A model generated the notes under the pieces. It had not been told where the DNA came from. It searched no databases and saw only the letters and a program-made list of their open reading frames with translations. Source: Elusimicrobia bacterium HGW-Elusimicrobia-3 (lineage in GTDB: Bacteria > Elusimicrobiota > Elusimicrobia > Elusimicrobiales > UBA9959). Taken from it: a DNA stretch of 64,000 nt. Shown piece by piece: positions 44,635 through 53,886 of this stretch. Numbering within the stretch: the stretch's first letter is position 1; each line of letters starts with the position of its first letter. The translations under genes were made by a program, and so were the position numbers. The DNA is taken from contig PHAL01000014.1 in assembly GCA_002840355.1 (NCBI GenBank), positions 8,518-72,517 of the forward strand, given 5' to 3'.

Positions 44635-46035
44635 CTAGAACTCGGCGTAGCCGGGCACGCGGGGGAACGCGGTCACGTCGCGGATATTGGAGATGCCGGT
44701 GATCAGCATCATCATCCGCTCGAAGCCCAGGCCGAAGCCCGAATGCGGCACCGAACCGTAGCGGCGCAGGTCGAGGAACCACTGGTAGTCCTCCACCTTC
44801 ATCTTCAGGTCGTTCATGCGCCGCTCCAGCACGTCCAGCCTGTTCTCGCGCTCGCTGCCGCCCACCAGCTCGCCGATGCGGGGCACCAGCACGTCCATGC
44901 CGCGCACGGTCTTGCCGTCGTCGTTGAGCTTCATGTAGAACGAGGCCACTTCCTTGGGCTTGTTGTACATGATGACCGGCTTCTTGAAATAGTTCTCCAC
45001 CAGGAAGCGCTCGTGCTCGCTGGCCAGGTCCACGCCCCACTTGACCTTCAGCTCGAAGCGGGCGTTCTCGGGCTCCAGCAGCCGCACGGCGTCCGTGTAC
45101 TGCAGCCGCTCGAACTTGTTCTCCATGATGTTCTTAAGGTTGTCCATCAGGGTGGGCTCGACGTATTTGGCGAACAGCTCGATGTCGGAAGGGCACTTGT
45201 CCAGCACGCCCTTCGTTATCGTCTTGATGAAATCCTCGGCCAGGTCCATGTCGTCGGCCAGCTCGTAGAAAGCCATCTCGGGCTCTATCTGCCAGAACTC
45301 GGCGCAATGGCGGTAGGTGTTGGAGTTCTCGGCCCTGAAGGTGGGGCCGAAGGTATAGATCTTGCCCAGCGCCAGCGCCAGGGCCTCGCCCTCCATCTGG
45401 CCCGACACCGTCAGGCCGACCTTCTTGCCGAACAGGTCCCGGGAAAAGTCTATCTCGCCGGCTTCGGTCTTGGGGATGCCGGCCAGCTTGGTCAGGTCGA
45501 AGGCGGTGGCCGAGAACATCTGGCCGGCGCCCTCGGCGTCGGAAGCAGTGAAGATGGGCGTGTGCACGTAGGTGAAGCCGTTGTCGCGGAAATAGGAATG
45601 TATCGCGAAGGCCAGTTCCGAGCGCACGCGCAGCATGGCCGCGTACTTGTTGGTGCGGGGCCGCAGGTGGGCCACCGTGCGCAGGAACTCGTCGGAGGTC
45701 CGCTTCTTCTGTATCGGGTATTTCTCGGCGTCGCAGCCGCCGTGTATCTTCACGGCCCTGGCCTGCAGCTCGTACTTCTGGCCCGCGGCGGGGGAGGCGA
45801 CCAGGTCGCCGGTTATCTCCACGGCGGCGCCGGTGACGAGCGAGGGCAGCACGGCGGAAAAGTCGCCGTTCTCGGAGGAGAAGACCACCTGCAGGCTCTC
45901 GCGGCAGGAGCCGTCGTTGAGCTCGGCGAAGGAGAGCGCCTTGGAATCGCGGCGGGTCTTGATCCAGCCGCGCGCCACGGCGCCGGGCGCGGGGGCCGGG
46001 CTGTTGAGCAGTTCTTTGATGGTTATAAGGGCCAT
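44635..46035 (-). CDS. asnS: Asparagine--tRNA ligase
   Basis: GWIKTRRDSKALSFAELNDGSC (OB fold). Class II motifs FRAENSNTYRHCAEFWQIEPE and GSVPHSGFGLGFERM. 466 aa. Confidence 0.9.
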   Translation of the reverse strand: MALITIKELLNSPAPAPGAVARGWIKTRRDSKALSFAELNDGSCRESLQVVFSSENGDFSAVLPSLVTGAAVEITGDLVASPAAGQKYELQARAVKIHGGCDAEKYPIQKKRTSDEFLRTVAHLRPRTNKYAAMLRVRSELAFAIHSYFRDNGFTYVHTPIFTASDAEGAGQMFSATAFDLTKLAGIPKTEAGEIDFSRDLFGKKVGLTVSGQMEGEALALALGKIYTFGPTFRAENSNTYRHCAEFWQIEPEMAFYELADDMDLAEDFIKTITKGVLDKCPSDIELFAKYVEPTLMDNLKNIMENKFERLQYTDAVRLLEPENARFELKVKWGVDLASEHERFLVENYFKKPVIMYNKPKEVASFYMKLNDDGKTVRGMDVLVPRIGELVGGSERENRLDVLERRMNDLKMKVEDYQWFLDLRRYGSVPHSGFGLGFERMMMLITGISNIRDVTAFPRVPGYAEF

Positions 46036-46069
46036 GTTCGCCTCGTCTGACTGCGCCGCCGCGCGGCGC

Positions 46070-46600
46070 TTATTTCTTGCCTTTCTTCTTCTTCTCTTCG
46101 GGAACCTTGGAGACGGCCACGAGCTCGAGCTCGCAGGTCTTGTCCTCTCCGTTGTACTCCTCGAGGATATAACCGACGCCGGGGGCGTAATAGCGCACCG
46201 ACTTGCCGGCGTCGCCGCCGGCCAGCATCGTGACGATCTTCATGCAATTGGCGAACTTGCCGGCCTTGATCGAGACCTTGTCGGAGAGGGAGACGATCTC
46301 GCTGGCGTCCGGGGACTCGTCCCACTTGGCGCCTTCCTTAGGGGGCATGGGGAATTCCCGGCGGCCGCCTACGATGACGCCGTCGGCCGTGGTCAGCCAT
46401 TTGGCGTCGCGCGTGATGGTGTACTCGGTGGTGTGCGAGTCGCGCAGTTCGAAGATCATCCTGGTCTGGGCCACCAGCTTGGCGGCCTTCTTCTTGACCT
46501 CGAGAATGTCGATGAAGACGCGGGCCGTGCCTTCGAACTCGGTGCTGGTAAATTTATACTCGAAGCGGGTCTGGTCTTTAAGGGGGAAATAGTCAGCCAT
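46070..46600 (-). CDS. Hypothetical protein with a Lys-rich C-terminal tail
   Basis: AGGAGAAAC RBS. 176 aa, beta-rich, ending in EEKKKKGKK. No motif recognised. Confidence 0.45.
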   Translation of the reverse strand: MADYFPLKDQTRFEYKFTSTEFEGTARVFIDILEVKKKAAKLVAQTRMIFELRDSHTTEYTITRDAKWLTTADGVIVGGRREFPMPPKEGAKWDESPDASEIVSLSDKVSIKAGKFANCMKIVTMLAGGDAGKSVRYYAPGVGYILEEYNGEDKTCELELVAVSKVPEEKKKKGKK

Positions 46601-46930
46601 AGTTTCTCCTGTGCGCCGCGGGTTATACTAGATTTTACCAATTATTTTCGCGAAGATGAGCGGGTATAAATAGGCGCAACAGGGATCGGTCACGGCTCCT
46701 GCGCTCGCCCCGGGAAGGGCCTCTGAAGCTTTGTCCGCCACGGATAAACCGCATAGCGGTTTTCCGCGGCCCCGGCTCGGCAATTTTTCGCTGTAAAAAT
46801 TGCCTCCGCCCTTGCGGCCCGGACGCGAAGCATAATTATGCTTCGCTCTAAAGCCGGGCCTCACCTCGTTGCCGACCCCTCTCGGTCTGCGCCTCGTTCG
46901 CAACGCGGCAGGCACTCCATCCCGGGGACC

Positions 46931-46964
46931 AAATCAAAAACCCCCTTGCGGGGGCTTTTTGATT
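46931..46964 (-). terminator. Rho-independent terminator directly after tRNA-Ala
   Basis: On the minus strand: aaatcaaaaaG CCCCC gcaa GGGGG tttttgattt. A GC stem plus a T-run, extended by an A/T stem. Confidence 0.8.
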
Positions 46965-47040
46965 TGGTGGACGTGACAGGGATCGAACCTGCGACCTCCT
47001 CGTTGCGAACGAGGCGCTCTCCCAACTGAGCTACACGCCC
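46965..47040 (-). tRNA. tRNA-Ala (anticodon CGC), CCA encoded
   Basis: Minus-strand sequence GGGCGTGTAGCTCAGTTGGGAGAGCGCCTCGTTCGCAACGAGGAGGTCGCAGGTTCGATCCCTGTCACGTCCACCA. It folds as a cloverleaf with a G3:U70 pair, anticodon loop TT-CGC-AA, and T-loop GGTTCGATCC. Confidence 0.95.
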
Positions 47041-47046
47041 AAATTT

Positions 47047-48006
47047 TTAACGGCTGGCTTCCTTTGCCGCCTGCTCAACCCTGCGCTTGGCCTTAAGGTG
47101 CTCCTTAAAGCTGGAGTTGAAGATGTGCTTGCCTTTGCGGTCCGACACGAAGTACAGCGCGTCAAGGTTGGCCGGGGCCAGGGTCGCCGCTATCGAGCTC
47201 TGGCCGGGACTGCAGATGGGGCCCGGCGGCAGACCGCCCACCACGTAGGTATTATAGGGCGACTTGAACTTCAGGTCCTTGTACGTAAGGGCCTTCTTCC
47301 AGTAACCCAGCGCGTATTGCGTGGTCGGATCGGCTTCCAGCGGCATCCTTATGCGGTAGCGGTTGATATAAACCGCCGCTATCAGGGGCCGCTCGCTGTC
47401 TTCCATGGCCTCGCGCTCCACGATGGAGGCGATTATCAGGACTTTCTTCTCGTCCAGCCCTTCCGGAAAACCTTTAGAGAACAATGGCCGCACTTGCCTG
47501 TCGAATTCAGATTTTAGCAAATTTATAACTTCCTGTGGCGGCATATTTTTCGTGAGCAGATAGGTGGAAGGGAACAGATAGCCCTCCATTTTCTGCGCAC
47601 GGGCCAGTTCCAGGAACTGCGCGCCCGAAGTGACCGCGTTGGCGTCCAGGCGCTCGGCGACCTGCTCCATGCGCCAGCCCTCGGGGATCACCACGCGTAT
47701 GCTGCTGACGTAGGTATTGTGCGTCAGCTTCCACAGCACCTCCTCGGCGGACATGCCGGAACGCAGCGAATAGTCGCCGGGCATCAGCCGCTTGCCGGTG
47801 CCGGTGAGCTTTACCAGCACCTTGAACCAGGTGGAGCTCAGGATGACGCCGCTGCGTTTGAGCTCGGCGGCAACCTGCCCCGCGCCGGCGCCCTCGGGGA
47901 TGGAAACCTTCACCGGGGCGCCCGGCCAGAAGAAATAGAGGGACAGCAGCAGCAGGCCCACGGCCATGACGATAAGGATGATTTTAAGTTTTTTCATAAC
48001 AGACAC
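47047..48006 (-). CDS. mltG: Endolytic murein transglycosylase (YceG/MltG family)
   Basis: N-terminal TM anchor, then YceG motifs (..EGYLFPSTY.., IIASIVEREA, LEADPTTQYA, SPYNTYVVGGLPPGPICSPG). Confidence 0.88.
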   Translation of the reverse strand: MSVMKKLKIILIVMAVGLLLLSLYFFWPGAPVKVSIPEGAGAGQVAAELKRSGVILSSTWFKVLVKLTGTGKRLMPGDYSLRSGMSAEEVLWKLTHNTYVSSIRVVIPEGWRMEQVAERLDANAVTSGAQFLELARAQKMEGYLFPSTYLLTKNMPPQEVINLLKSEFDRQVRPLFSKGFPEGLDEKKVLIIASIVEREAMEDSERPLIAAVYINRYRIRMPLEADPTTQYALGYWKKALTYKDLKFKSPYNTYVVGGLPPGPICSPGQSSIAATLAPANLDALYFVSDRKGKHIFNSSFKEHLKAKRRVEQAAKEASR

Positions 48007-48545
48007 CGCGAGTATACCTGCCTGTAAACCGGCCCCGCCGGGGTCAGCGCGCTCTCCATCAGTTCCACGGAGGCCACCCGGCTGCGCGCCCTTTTGGCGG
48101 GGGCGAAGTCAGCCACGCGACGCGTAAAATTGTCGGGCAGCTCGCCCTTGACCCGGCCGATAGTGACATGCGGCTCGAAGCGGTTCTCGAACATCAGCCC
48201 GGCCTCGGCCAGGCCGGCCGCCAGTTTGTCGGCCAGGGCGCGCAGCTCCTGCGCGCCTTCGCCGATGCCCACCCACAGCACGCTGGGCCTACGGGCCGAG
48301 GGGAACACCCCGAAACCTCCCAGCGAAACGTCGAAAGCCTTGAGCCCGGCCAGCCCCGCGTCGATGCCCTTCACCGCCTGCTCCGCCCCGGGCAGGTCGC
48401 CGAGGAAAGCGTAGGTCAGGTGAAAATTCTCCGGGGCCACCCACTTCACGGCGCCTCGGCCGGCGTTGGCGGCGGCGTAGTCTGCGATGGCCTTCACGCT
48501 GGCCGTGAAAGCGGGCTCGAAGGAAGAGGCGACGAAGAGGCGCAA
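47994..48545 (-). CDS. thpR: RNA 2',3'-cyclic phosphodiesterase (2H phosphoesterase, LigT/ThpR)
   Basis: Two HxT/S motifs (NFHLTYAFLG and PHVTIGR). 183 aa. Confidence 0.8.
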   Translation of the reverse strand: MRLFVASSFEPAFTASVKAIADYAAANAGRGAVKWVAPENFHLTYAFLGDLPGAEQAVKGIDAGLAGLKAFDVSLGGFGVFPSARRPSVLWVGIGEGAQELRALADKLAAGLAEAGLMFENRFEPHVTIGRVKGELPDNFTRRVADFAPAKRARSRVASVELMESALTPAGPVYRQVYSRCLL

Positions 48546-48547
48546 AA

Positions 48548-49480
48548 CTATTCCTCCTCCCTCATCTCTTTCGCCGCCCGCTGCCGCGCGGCATTGGCCC
48601 TCGCTTTGGCTTTAGCGCGGGCGGCGGCCCTGGCCTTGGAGGAGCGGGCGGCTTTTCCGGCTGGAACGGAGGAACTCTTGAGCTGCCTGCGTATCACCTT
48701 GCGCTTGAGGGCCTGGTCGCGCAGCGCGGCGCGCCGCTCCAGGGAGCGGGGCTTCCAGCCCTTCAGCGCCGGCAGGCGTTTGCGCAGCTTGGAGATGGCG
48801 GTGCGGTGACGTCCCATGCGCGACAGCGGCGTCACGCGCAGGCGCTTCTGCGCCGGGCTGAAAACTATCTCGTTATTCTTCTCCAGCAGGTATTCCTGCG
48901 GGGTGCCGCCGGAGTCATCCTCCTGCGTCACGGCCACGCGCCCCTCGTCGAAGACGCCCGCCGAGAACTCCTTGCTGAGCTGCGAGTATTCCACCGCGAA
49001 CTCGGTGCCGCGCACGGCGCAGACCGCCGACGGGGTGCGCACCTTCAGCCTGTGCTTCTCGTTGAGGAAATGCTTGATCTTGGCCACGAGCGAGCCGAAG
49101 TTTATGGAGAACACGGCGTCCTCCTGCTCCAGCGAGGAGATCTCCAGCTCGGTATTGCGGCCCAGGGAGATCGCGCCCTTGTCGTCGAGGTAGATCTCGG
49201 CCAGGCCGTCGGAGGAGGTCTTAACCATGTCGTTGGGGTCCAGCGGCATCTCGCCGGTGATCCTGGACCACTCGTCCCCGTCCACGGTCTTCACCATCAC
49301 GGTGCCGGAAATGACCTTCAGCCGGGCGTCCCAGGACTGCGCCCGGGCCTGCGAATTGTTCCCGGACTTCATCATCTGCTCCATCATCTTCCGGTAGTCT
49401 CCGTCGTCGGGCTGCTGGGACGCGGCCGGGCCGGCCGCGAGGAGCAGGGACAAAGCGAAGAGTTTCAGGCCGAGTTTCAT
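48548..49480 (-). CDS. Secreted FecR-domain protein with a basic Ala/Lys/Arg-rich tail
   Basis: Signal peptide MKLGLKLFALSLLLAAGPAAS. FecR-like beta region (..VISGTVMVKT...W..I.....L...D.V.T...G.AEI.L.D...I.L..NTEL.I). C-terminal SSKARAAARAKAKARANAARQRAAKEMREEE. Confidence 0.6.
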   Translation of the reverse strand: MKLGLKLFALSLLLAAGPAASQQPDDGDYRKMMEQMMKSGNNSQARAQSWDARLKVISGTVMVKTVDGDEWSRITGEMPLDPNDMVKTSSDGLAEIYLDDKGAISLGRNTELEISSLEQEDAVFSINFGSLVAKIKHFLNEKHRLKVRTPSAVCAVRGTEFAVEYSQLSKEFSAGVFDEGRVAVTQEDDSGGTPQEYLLEKNNEIVFSPAQKRLRVTPLSRMGRHRTAISKLRKRLPALKGWKPRSLERRAALRDQALKRKVIRRQLKSSSVPAGKAARSSKARAAARAKAKARANAARQRAAKEMREEE

Positions 49481-49493
49481 AATGACCACCGCC

Positions 49494-50666
49494 TTATTTT
49501 TCTATTTTACGGAACTGCCTGCGCCCCACCTGCAGCACGCAGGCGCGGGGCTCGAAGACGATATCCCCGGTCACCTTCTCTCCGTCCAGGCGCACGGCGC
49601 CCTGGTCTATCAGGCGCCGGGCCTCGTTCATGCCCTTGGCCAGGCCGGCCGACACCAGCAGGTAGGACAGCTTGCCGGGCTTCTCGGCGCGATAGGTCTC
49701 CATCTCCTCGGGCAATTCCTTGCGGGAGAAGACCTGCTCGAAATGCTGGCGCGCGGCCTGGGCCTGCTCGGCGTCATGAAAGCGGGCGGTGATCAGGCCG
49801 GCCAGGCGCTTCTTGGCCTCCATCGGGTGCTCGGCCTTCACGGCGGCCAGGTCCTCGGCGGTCAGCAGCTCGTAGTACGAGTACATCAACGCGTCGGAGA
49901 CGGACATCACCTTGCCGAACATGTCGTTGGGCAGGTCGTTGAGCCCCACATAGTTGCCGTAGGACTTGGACATCTTCTTCTCGCCGTCGGTGCCAACGAG
50001 CAGCGGCATGGTCATGACGGCCTGCGGTTCCTGCGCGTGCAGCTTCTGCAGGTCGCGGCCCATCAGCAGGTTGAAGATCTGGTCCTGGCCTCCCAGCTCC
50101 ACGTCGGCCTTCACGGCCACCGAATCGTAGCCCTGCAGGATGGGGTAGAGGATCTCCAGCAGGCTGATCGGGGTCTCGGCCTTCATGCGGGCGCGGAAGT
50201 CCTCGCGCTCCAGCAGCCGCGAGATGGTGACGCTCTTGGCGATATTGACGAAATCGGAAACCCCCACGGCGGGGCTGGCGAAAAAGGGCTTGAGCCACTC
50301 GCTGTTGAAGCGGATCTCGGTCTTCTCGCGGTCGAGCACCTTGAAGGCCTGCTCGGTGTAGGTTTTGGCGTTCTTGGCCACGGTCTCCTGGTCCAGCACG
50401 GGGCGGGTCAGGTCGCGGCCGGAGGGGTCGCCCACCTGGGCGGTGAAATCGCCTATTATCAGGACGGCCGTGTGGCCGAGGTCCTGGAAGCGGCGCAGTT
50501 TGCTCATGACCACGCTGTGGCCGAGGTGCAGGTCCGGGCTGGAAGGGTCGGCGCCGAACTTGATGCGCAGCCGCTTGCCCGAGGAAAGTTTCTTGGCCAG
50601 GTCCTCGCGGCCCACTACGTCAACGGCGCCGCGGGTGACCTCTTTAAGGATCTCGTCAGTGTTCAT
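49494..50666 (-). CDS. tyrS: Tyrosine--tRNA ligase
   Basis: HIGH-type motif (PDLHLGHS), KMSKS, and a C-terminal S4 domain (RRLIDQGAVRLDGEKV). Confidence 0.92.
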   Translation of the reverse strand: MNTDEILKEVTRGAVDVVGREDLAKKLSSGKRLRIKFGADPSSPDLHLGHSVVMSKLRRFQDLGHTAVLIIGDFTAQVGDPSGRDLTRPVLDQETVAKNAKTYTEQAFKVLDREKTEIRFNSEWLKPFFASPAVGVSDFVNIAKSVTISRLLEREDFRARMKAETPISLLEILYPILQGYDSVAVKADVELGGQDQIFNLLMGRDLQKLHAQEPQAVMTMPLLVGTDGEKKMSKSYGNYVGLNDLPNDMFGKVMSVSDALMYSYYELLTAEDLAAVKAEHPMEAKKRLAGLITARFHDAEQAQAARQHFEQVFSRKELPEEMETYRAEKPGKLSYLLVSAGLAKGMNEARRLIDQGAVRLDGEKVTGDIVFEPRACVLQVGRRQFRKIEK

Positions 50667-50707
50667 CTCTGAATTATATTAATTTAGGAGCGGCCTTGCC
50701 CCCGGGT

Positions 50708-52687
50708 TTACTGGAAGCCGTAAGGGTCGGCCTCAACGAAATACTTGACGCGGGGCCGGGGCGGCAGCGCCTGCGCCCGCTCCAGGCAGCGCGCGGCGGT
50801 CCGCTCCGAGCCGGCCTTTACGAGGTAATACTCGCTGTGAAAGCGCCGCTTCTCCTGCCCCTGCGGCGTGACCGGCCCCAGGATCTCTCCCTCGTCGGCG
50901 CCGCTCCCCAGGAAGGAGAGGGCCGCCAGCAGGTCCGCGGCCGCGGCGTCCAGCGAGCGTCTGTCCACCGAGGCCAGGCGCACCTTGAGGATATGGGAGA
51001 AGGGGGGGTAGAAGAAATCCCGGCGGGCGGCCAGTTCGCCGTCGGCGAACGAGGGATAATCCATCTCGGTGAGGCGCGAGAAAACGTAATGCCCGGCCTC
51101 CCTGGTCTGAATGAAGAGCTCGCCGCGCGCGCCCAGCAGCCGCCAGGCGCCGTAGAAGGCGCGGTAGGATTTTTCGGAAGCCCTGAAATCCGCGCCGGAC
51201 AGGTCCGAGTCCGCGTCTATGAAGGCCGCCAGGCTGAGGCGCGGGGCGCCCAGCTCGCGCAGGGCTATGCGGGTGCCCACCAGCACGTCGGCCTCGCCCT
51301 TGGAAAAGCTCTCCAGCTCGCCGCGCATCGTCTTCAGCGAGCCGCGCAGCACGTCGCCGTCAAAGCGCGCTATCCTGGAACCGGGCAGCAGCCGGGCGAT
51401 GGCCTCCTGCGTCTTCTGCGTGCCGGCGCCCAGATCGCGGAACACACGGCCGCCGCAGGCGGGACAGACTACGGGCTTGGGCTCCTTCTTGCCGCAGCGG
51501 CGGCACAGCAGCACCGGCCCGGCCTCGGCCGTCTTTAAAAGGGTCATGCCGGGCCCGCAGTCGGCGCAGCGCGCCATCCAGCCGCAGTTGGCGCAGAACA
51601 GCCGCGAAGCGTAGCCTTTGCGCGCGGCTATCACCAGCGCCTGGCCTCCGGCGGCCACGGCCCGGCGCAGGCTGTCGGCCAGCGGGCGGGCCAGGATATC
51701 GCCCGGGTACTGCGTCATGTCCAGCACCCGCACGTCGGGCCCCGGCCCGGCCAGCCGCGCGGCCGGCACGGCGTCGAAGCGCCACAGTTCTCCGGCGGCG
51801 GCGGCGCCCCAGGCCTCTATCGACGGGGTTGGGCTGGCCAGCACGGCCGCGCCGCCCAGCGCGCGCATGCGCCGCAGCAGCACCTCGCGGGTATGGTAAA
51901 AGGGCTCGGCCTCCTCCTGGCGGTACACTTCCTCGTGCTCGCCGTCCATCAGGGCCAGCCGCAGGTCCTTGAACGGCAGGAAAGCCCCGGTGCGGGTGGC
52001 TATAACCACCTTATAGCGGCCGGCCACGGCGCCGTTCCAGGCCTCGGCCCGCTTCTTGGGGGTCAGCCTGGCGTGCCAGACGCCCACCCGGCCCGGGAAG
52101 ACGGTCTCGAGCGCGGCCGCCAGCGGGGGTATGAAGTTGAGGTCCGGCACCAGCAGCAGGCCCTGCGCGGCCTCGTCCCGCAGCGCGGCGGCGAAGACGG
52201 CCGGGTATACGGCCTCGCGGCGCTCGAGCGGGGCCAGGCGCAGCAGGTAGCCGCCCTCCCTGGACGAGGAGAGGGCTTCCATGAATTTCTTCAGCTCGGG
52301 CAGTTCCGGCGGCGGGAAGCCGGCCGGGGGCGGTTCGGACGGCGCCGGGGCGAGGCGCTCGGCCGGAGCGTGGGCGTAGAACGCGCCCAGGCAGATCCCG
52401 TGGGGCGAGCCCCAGCGCGCCGACATCCAGGCGGCCAGCGCCGGCGCGTCCTCGGGGAACAGCGCGTCCTCGTCGAGCAGGCGCGTGACGGACTTGAGTT
52501 CCTTGAAGCGGCTCAGGTCGGCGTCTTTCTCGGGCAGCACGCGCAGGATCACGCCCACGGCGGCCGCGCGCTTGCCCAGCGGCGCCACGGCGCGCAGGCC
52601 GGGAGCGGCCCGGAGTTCCAGCTCGTCGGGCAGCAGGTAATAAAAAGTCCGCCGCAGCGGTATGGGGAAAGAGAGTTCAGCCAGCAT
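50708..52687 (-). CDS. priA: Primosomal protein N' (PriA)-like, with degenerate helicase motifs
   Basis: PriA architecture, including the Cys-rich zinc region (CANCGWMARCADCG...LLCRRCG...VCPACGG) and a C-terminal domain. However, the Walker A position reads LAPLERREAVY, motif II reads DGEH, and motif VI reads GAWRLLGA. Confidence 0.75.
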   Translation of the reverse strand: MLAELSFPIPLRRTFYYLLPDELELRAAPGLRAVAPLGKRAAAVGVILRVLPEKDADLSRFKELKSVTRLLDEDALFPEDAPALAAWMSARWGSPHGICLGAFYAHAPAERLAPAPSEPPPAGFPPPELPELKKFMEALSSSREGGYLLRLAPLERREAVYPAVFAAALRDEAAQGLLLVPDLNFIPPLAAALETVFPGRVGVWHARLTPKKRAEAWNGAVAGRYKVVIATRTGAFLPFKDLRLALMDGEHEEVYRQEEAEPFYHTREVLLRRMRALGGAAVLASPTPSIEAWGAAAAGELWRFDAVPAARLAGPGPDVRVLDMTQYPGDILARPLADSLRRAVAAGGQALVIAARKGYASRLFCANCGWMARCADCGPGMTLLKTAEAGPVLLCRRCGKKEPKPVVCPACGGRVFRDLGAGTQKTQEAIARLLPGSRIARFDGDVLRGSLKTMRGELESFSKGEADVLVGTRIALRELGAPRLSLAAFIDADSDLSGADFRASEKSYRAFYGAWRLLGARGELFIQTREAGHYVFSRLTEMDYPSFADGELAARRDFFYPPFSHILKVRLASVDRRSLDAAAADLLAALSFLGSGADEGEILGPVTPQGQEKRRFHSEYYLVKAGSERTAARCLERAQALPPRPRVKYFVEADPYGFQ

Positions 52688-52712
52688 AATCCGAGCGGGC
52701 CGCGTGGCTTCG

Positions 52713-53537
52713 CTAGCTTATTTTACCAGTTTCCAGGAAGACCTTGAGCATCTTCATGTCTTCCCAGGTGTCGCGTTTGAGGTTGGGGTTGCGCAGCAGG
52801 GCCGCGGGGTGATAGGTGGGGATCAGTTTGACGGGGCGGCCGGGGACTATCTCTACCGGGTAATCGTAGGCGCGGCCGCGCATCAGGGAGATGCCCTTGT
52901 CGGTATTGAGCAGCACTTTGGTCGGCACGGAACCGAGCGTGACGATGCAGTCCGGCTTGATGGCGCGCAGCTGCTCGTCGAGGTACGGGCGGCAGGCGGC
53001 GATCTCGTCGGGGGTGGGCGGGCGGTCGTTGCCGTGCGACTCCGGGTCCGACGGGTTCTTCATCGGGTGGCACTTGACGATGTTGGCGATATAGACGTCC
53101 GAGCGCTTGAGGCCCAGCACGGTCTCGAGGATCTTGTCGAGCAGCTGGCCGGAGCGGCCCACGAAGGGCTCGCCCTTGTGGTCCTCCTGGAAGCCGGGGC
53201 CCTCGCCGACGAAGACGACCTTGGCCTTGCGGCTGCCCACGCCGAAGACGGCGTTGAGGCGGGCGGAGCCCAGGCCGCAGCGGCGGCAGGCCTTCACCTG
53301 TTCGGCGAGTTCGTCCATGCTGGCGGTCTTTTTTGAGGGCATAAGGGGGGCGGGGGAAGTTGCGGGTTCCGCGGCCGGAGCCGGGGTTACGGCGGCGGCT
53401 TTGGCCGTTTTACCGGCCCGGGAAAGGGCGGGCGCCGTCACAACGGCGCCCGCGGGCGGCGGCTCTGCCAGATCCTCGTCGAGAGACCTGATATAGGCTG
53501 CCAGGTCCTTCGCGGTTTCAGCGAGCTGCCACTTCAT
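52713..53537 (-). CDS. Uracil-DNA glycosylase, family 4, with an N-terminal Ala/Pro-rich extension of about 90 aa
   Basis: CRRCGL......VFG.G......VFVGEGPGFQEDHKGEPFVGRSGQLL, NIVKCHP and TYHPAALLR. The ATG at 53537 is chosen because the track ORF to 53765 overlaps the upstream gene. Confidence 0.85.
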   Translation of the reverse strand: MKWQLAETAKDLAAYIRSLDEDLAEPPPAGAVVTAPALSRAGKTAKAAAVTPAPAAEPATSPAPLMPSKKTASMDELAEQVKACRRCGLGSARLNAVFGVGSRKAKVVFVGEGPGFQEDHKGEPFVGRSGQLLDKILETVLGLKRSDVYIANIVKCHPMKNPSDPESHGNDRPPTPDEIAACRPYLDEQLRAIKPDCIVTLGSVPTKVLLNTDKGISLMRGRAYDYPVEIVPGRPVKLIPTYHPAALLRNPNLKRDTWEDMKMLKVFLETGKIS

Positions 53538-53539
53538 GC

Positions 53540-53869
53540 TTAGTCCTTGGAAGGCTTCTCGTCCTTGGTGTCCTTGCGCACGCGCTTCGCGTCGTCGGGG
53601 CGCTTGGAGGAGAGCTTTTCCTCGATCTCCTGGTCCTTCTTGACGGCCTCTTCGATCTCGGGGACCTGGACCTTGCCGCTGACCACGTCGAGCAGGGAGC
53701 GGTCGATGAGCTCGGCCATCGTCATGCCGCGGGAATCCTCCTGGCGGCGCAGGTGGCGGGCCCACTGCATGGCGCGCACGATATCGGTGTACTTGGACGG
53801 GCCGTAGTCCGAGATCAGCTGCTCCAGGTCGGCCTCTTTCTCTATAACAGGCTTTGCATGCGTCGTCAT
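53540..53869 (-). CDS. rpoZ: Probable DNA-directed RNA polymerase omega subunit
   Basis: Lies directly downstream of gmk (the classical gmk-rpoZ pair). SKYTDIVRAMQWARHLRRQE resembles the NRY/F-x-L-V-x-x-A-x-x-RAR-x-L core. Acidic/basic tail. Confidence 0.5.
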   Translation of the reverse strand: MTTHAKPVIEKEADLEQLISDYGPSKYTDIVRAMQWARHLRRQEDSRGMTMAELIDRSLLDVVSGKVQVPEIEEAVKKDQEIEEKLSSKRPDDAKRVRKDTKDEKPSKD

Positions 53870-53886
53870 TTTGAACCTCCGTTAAA

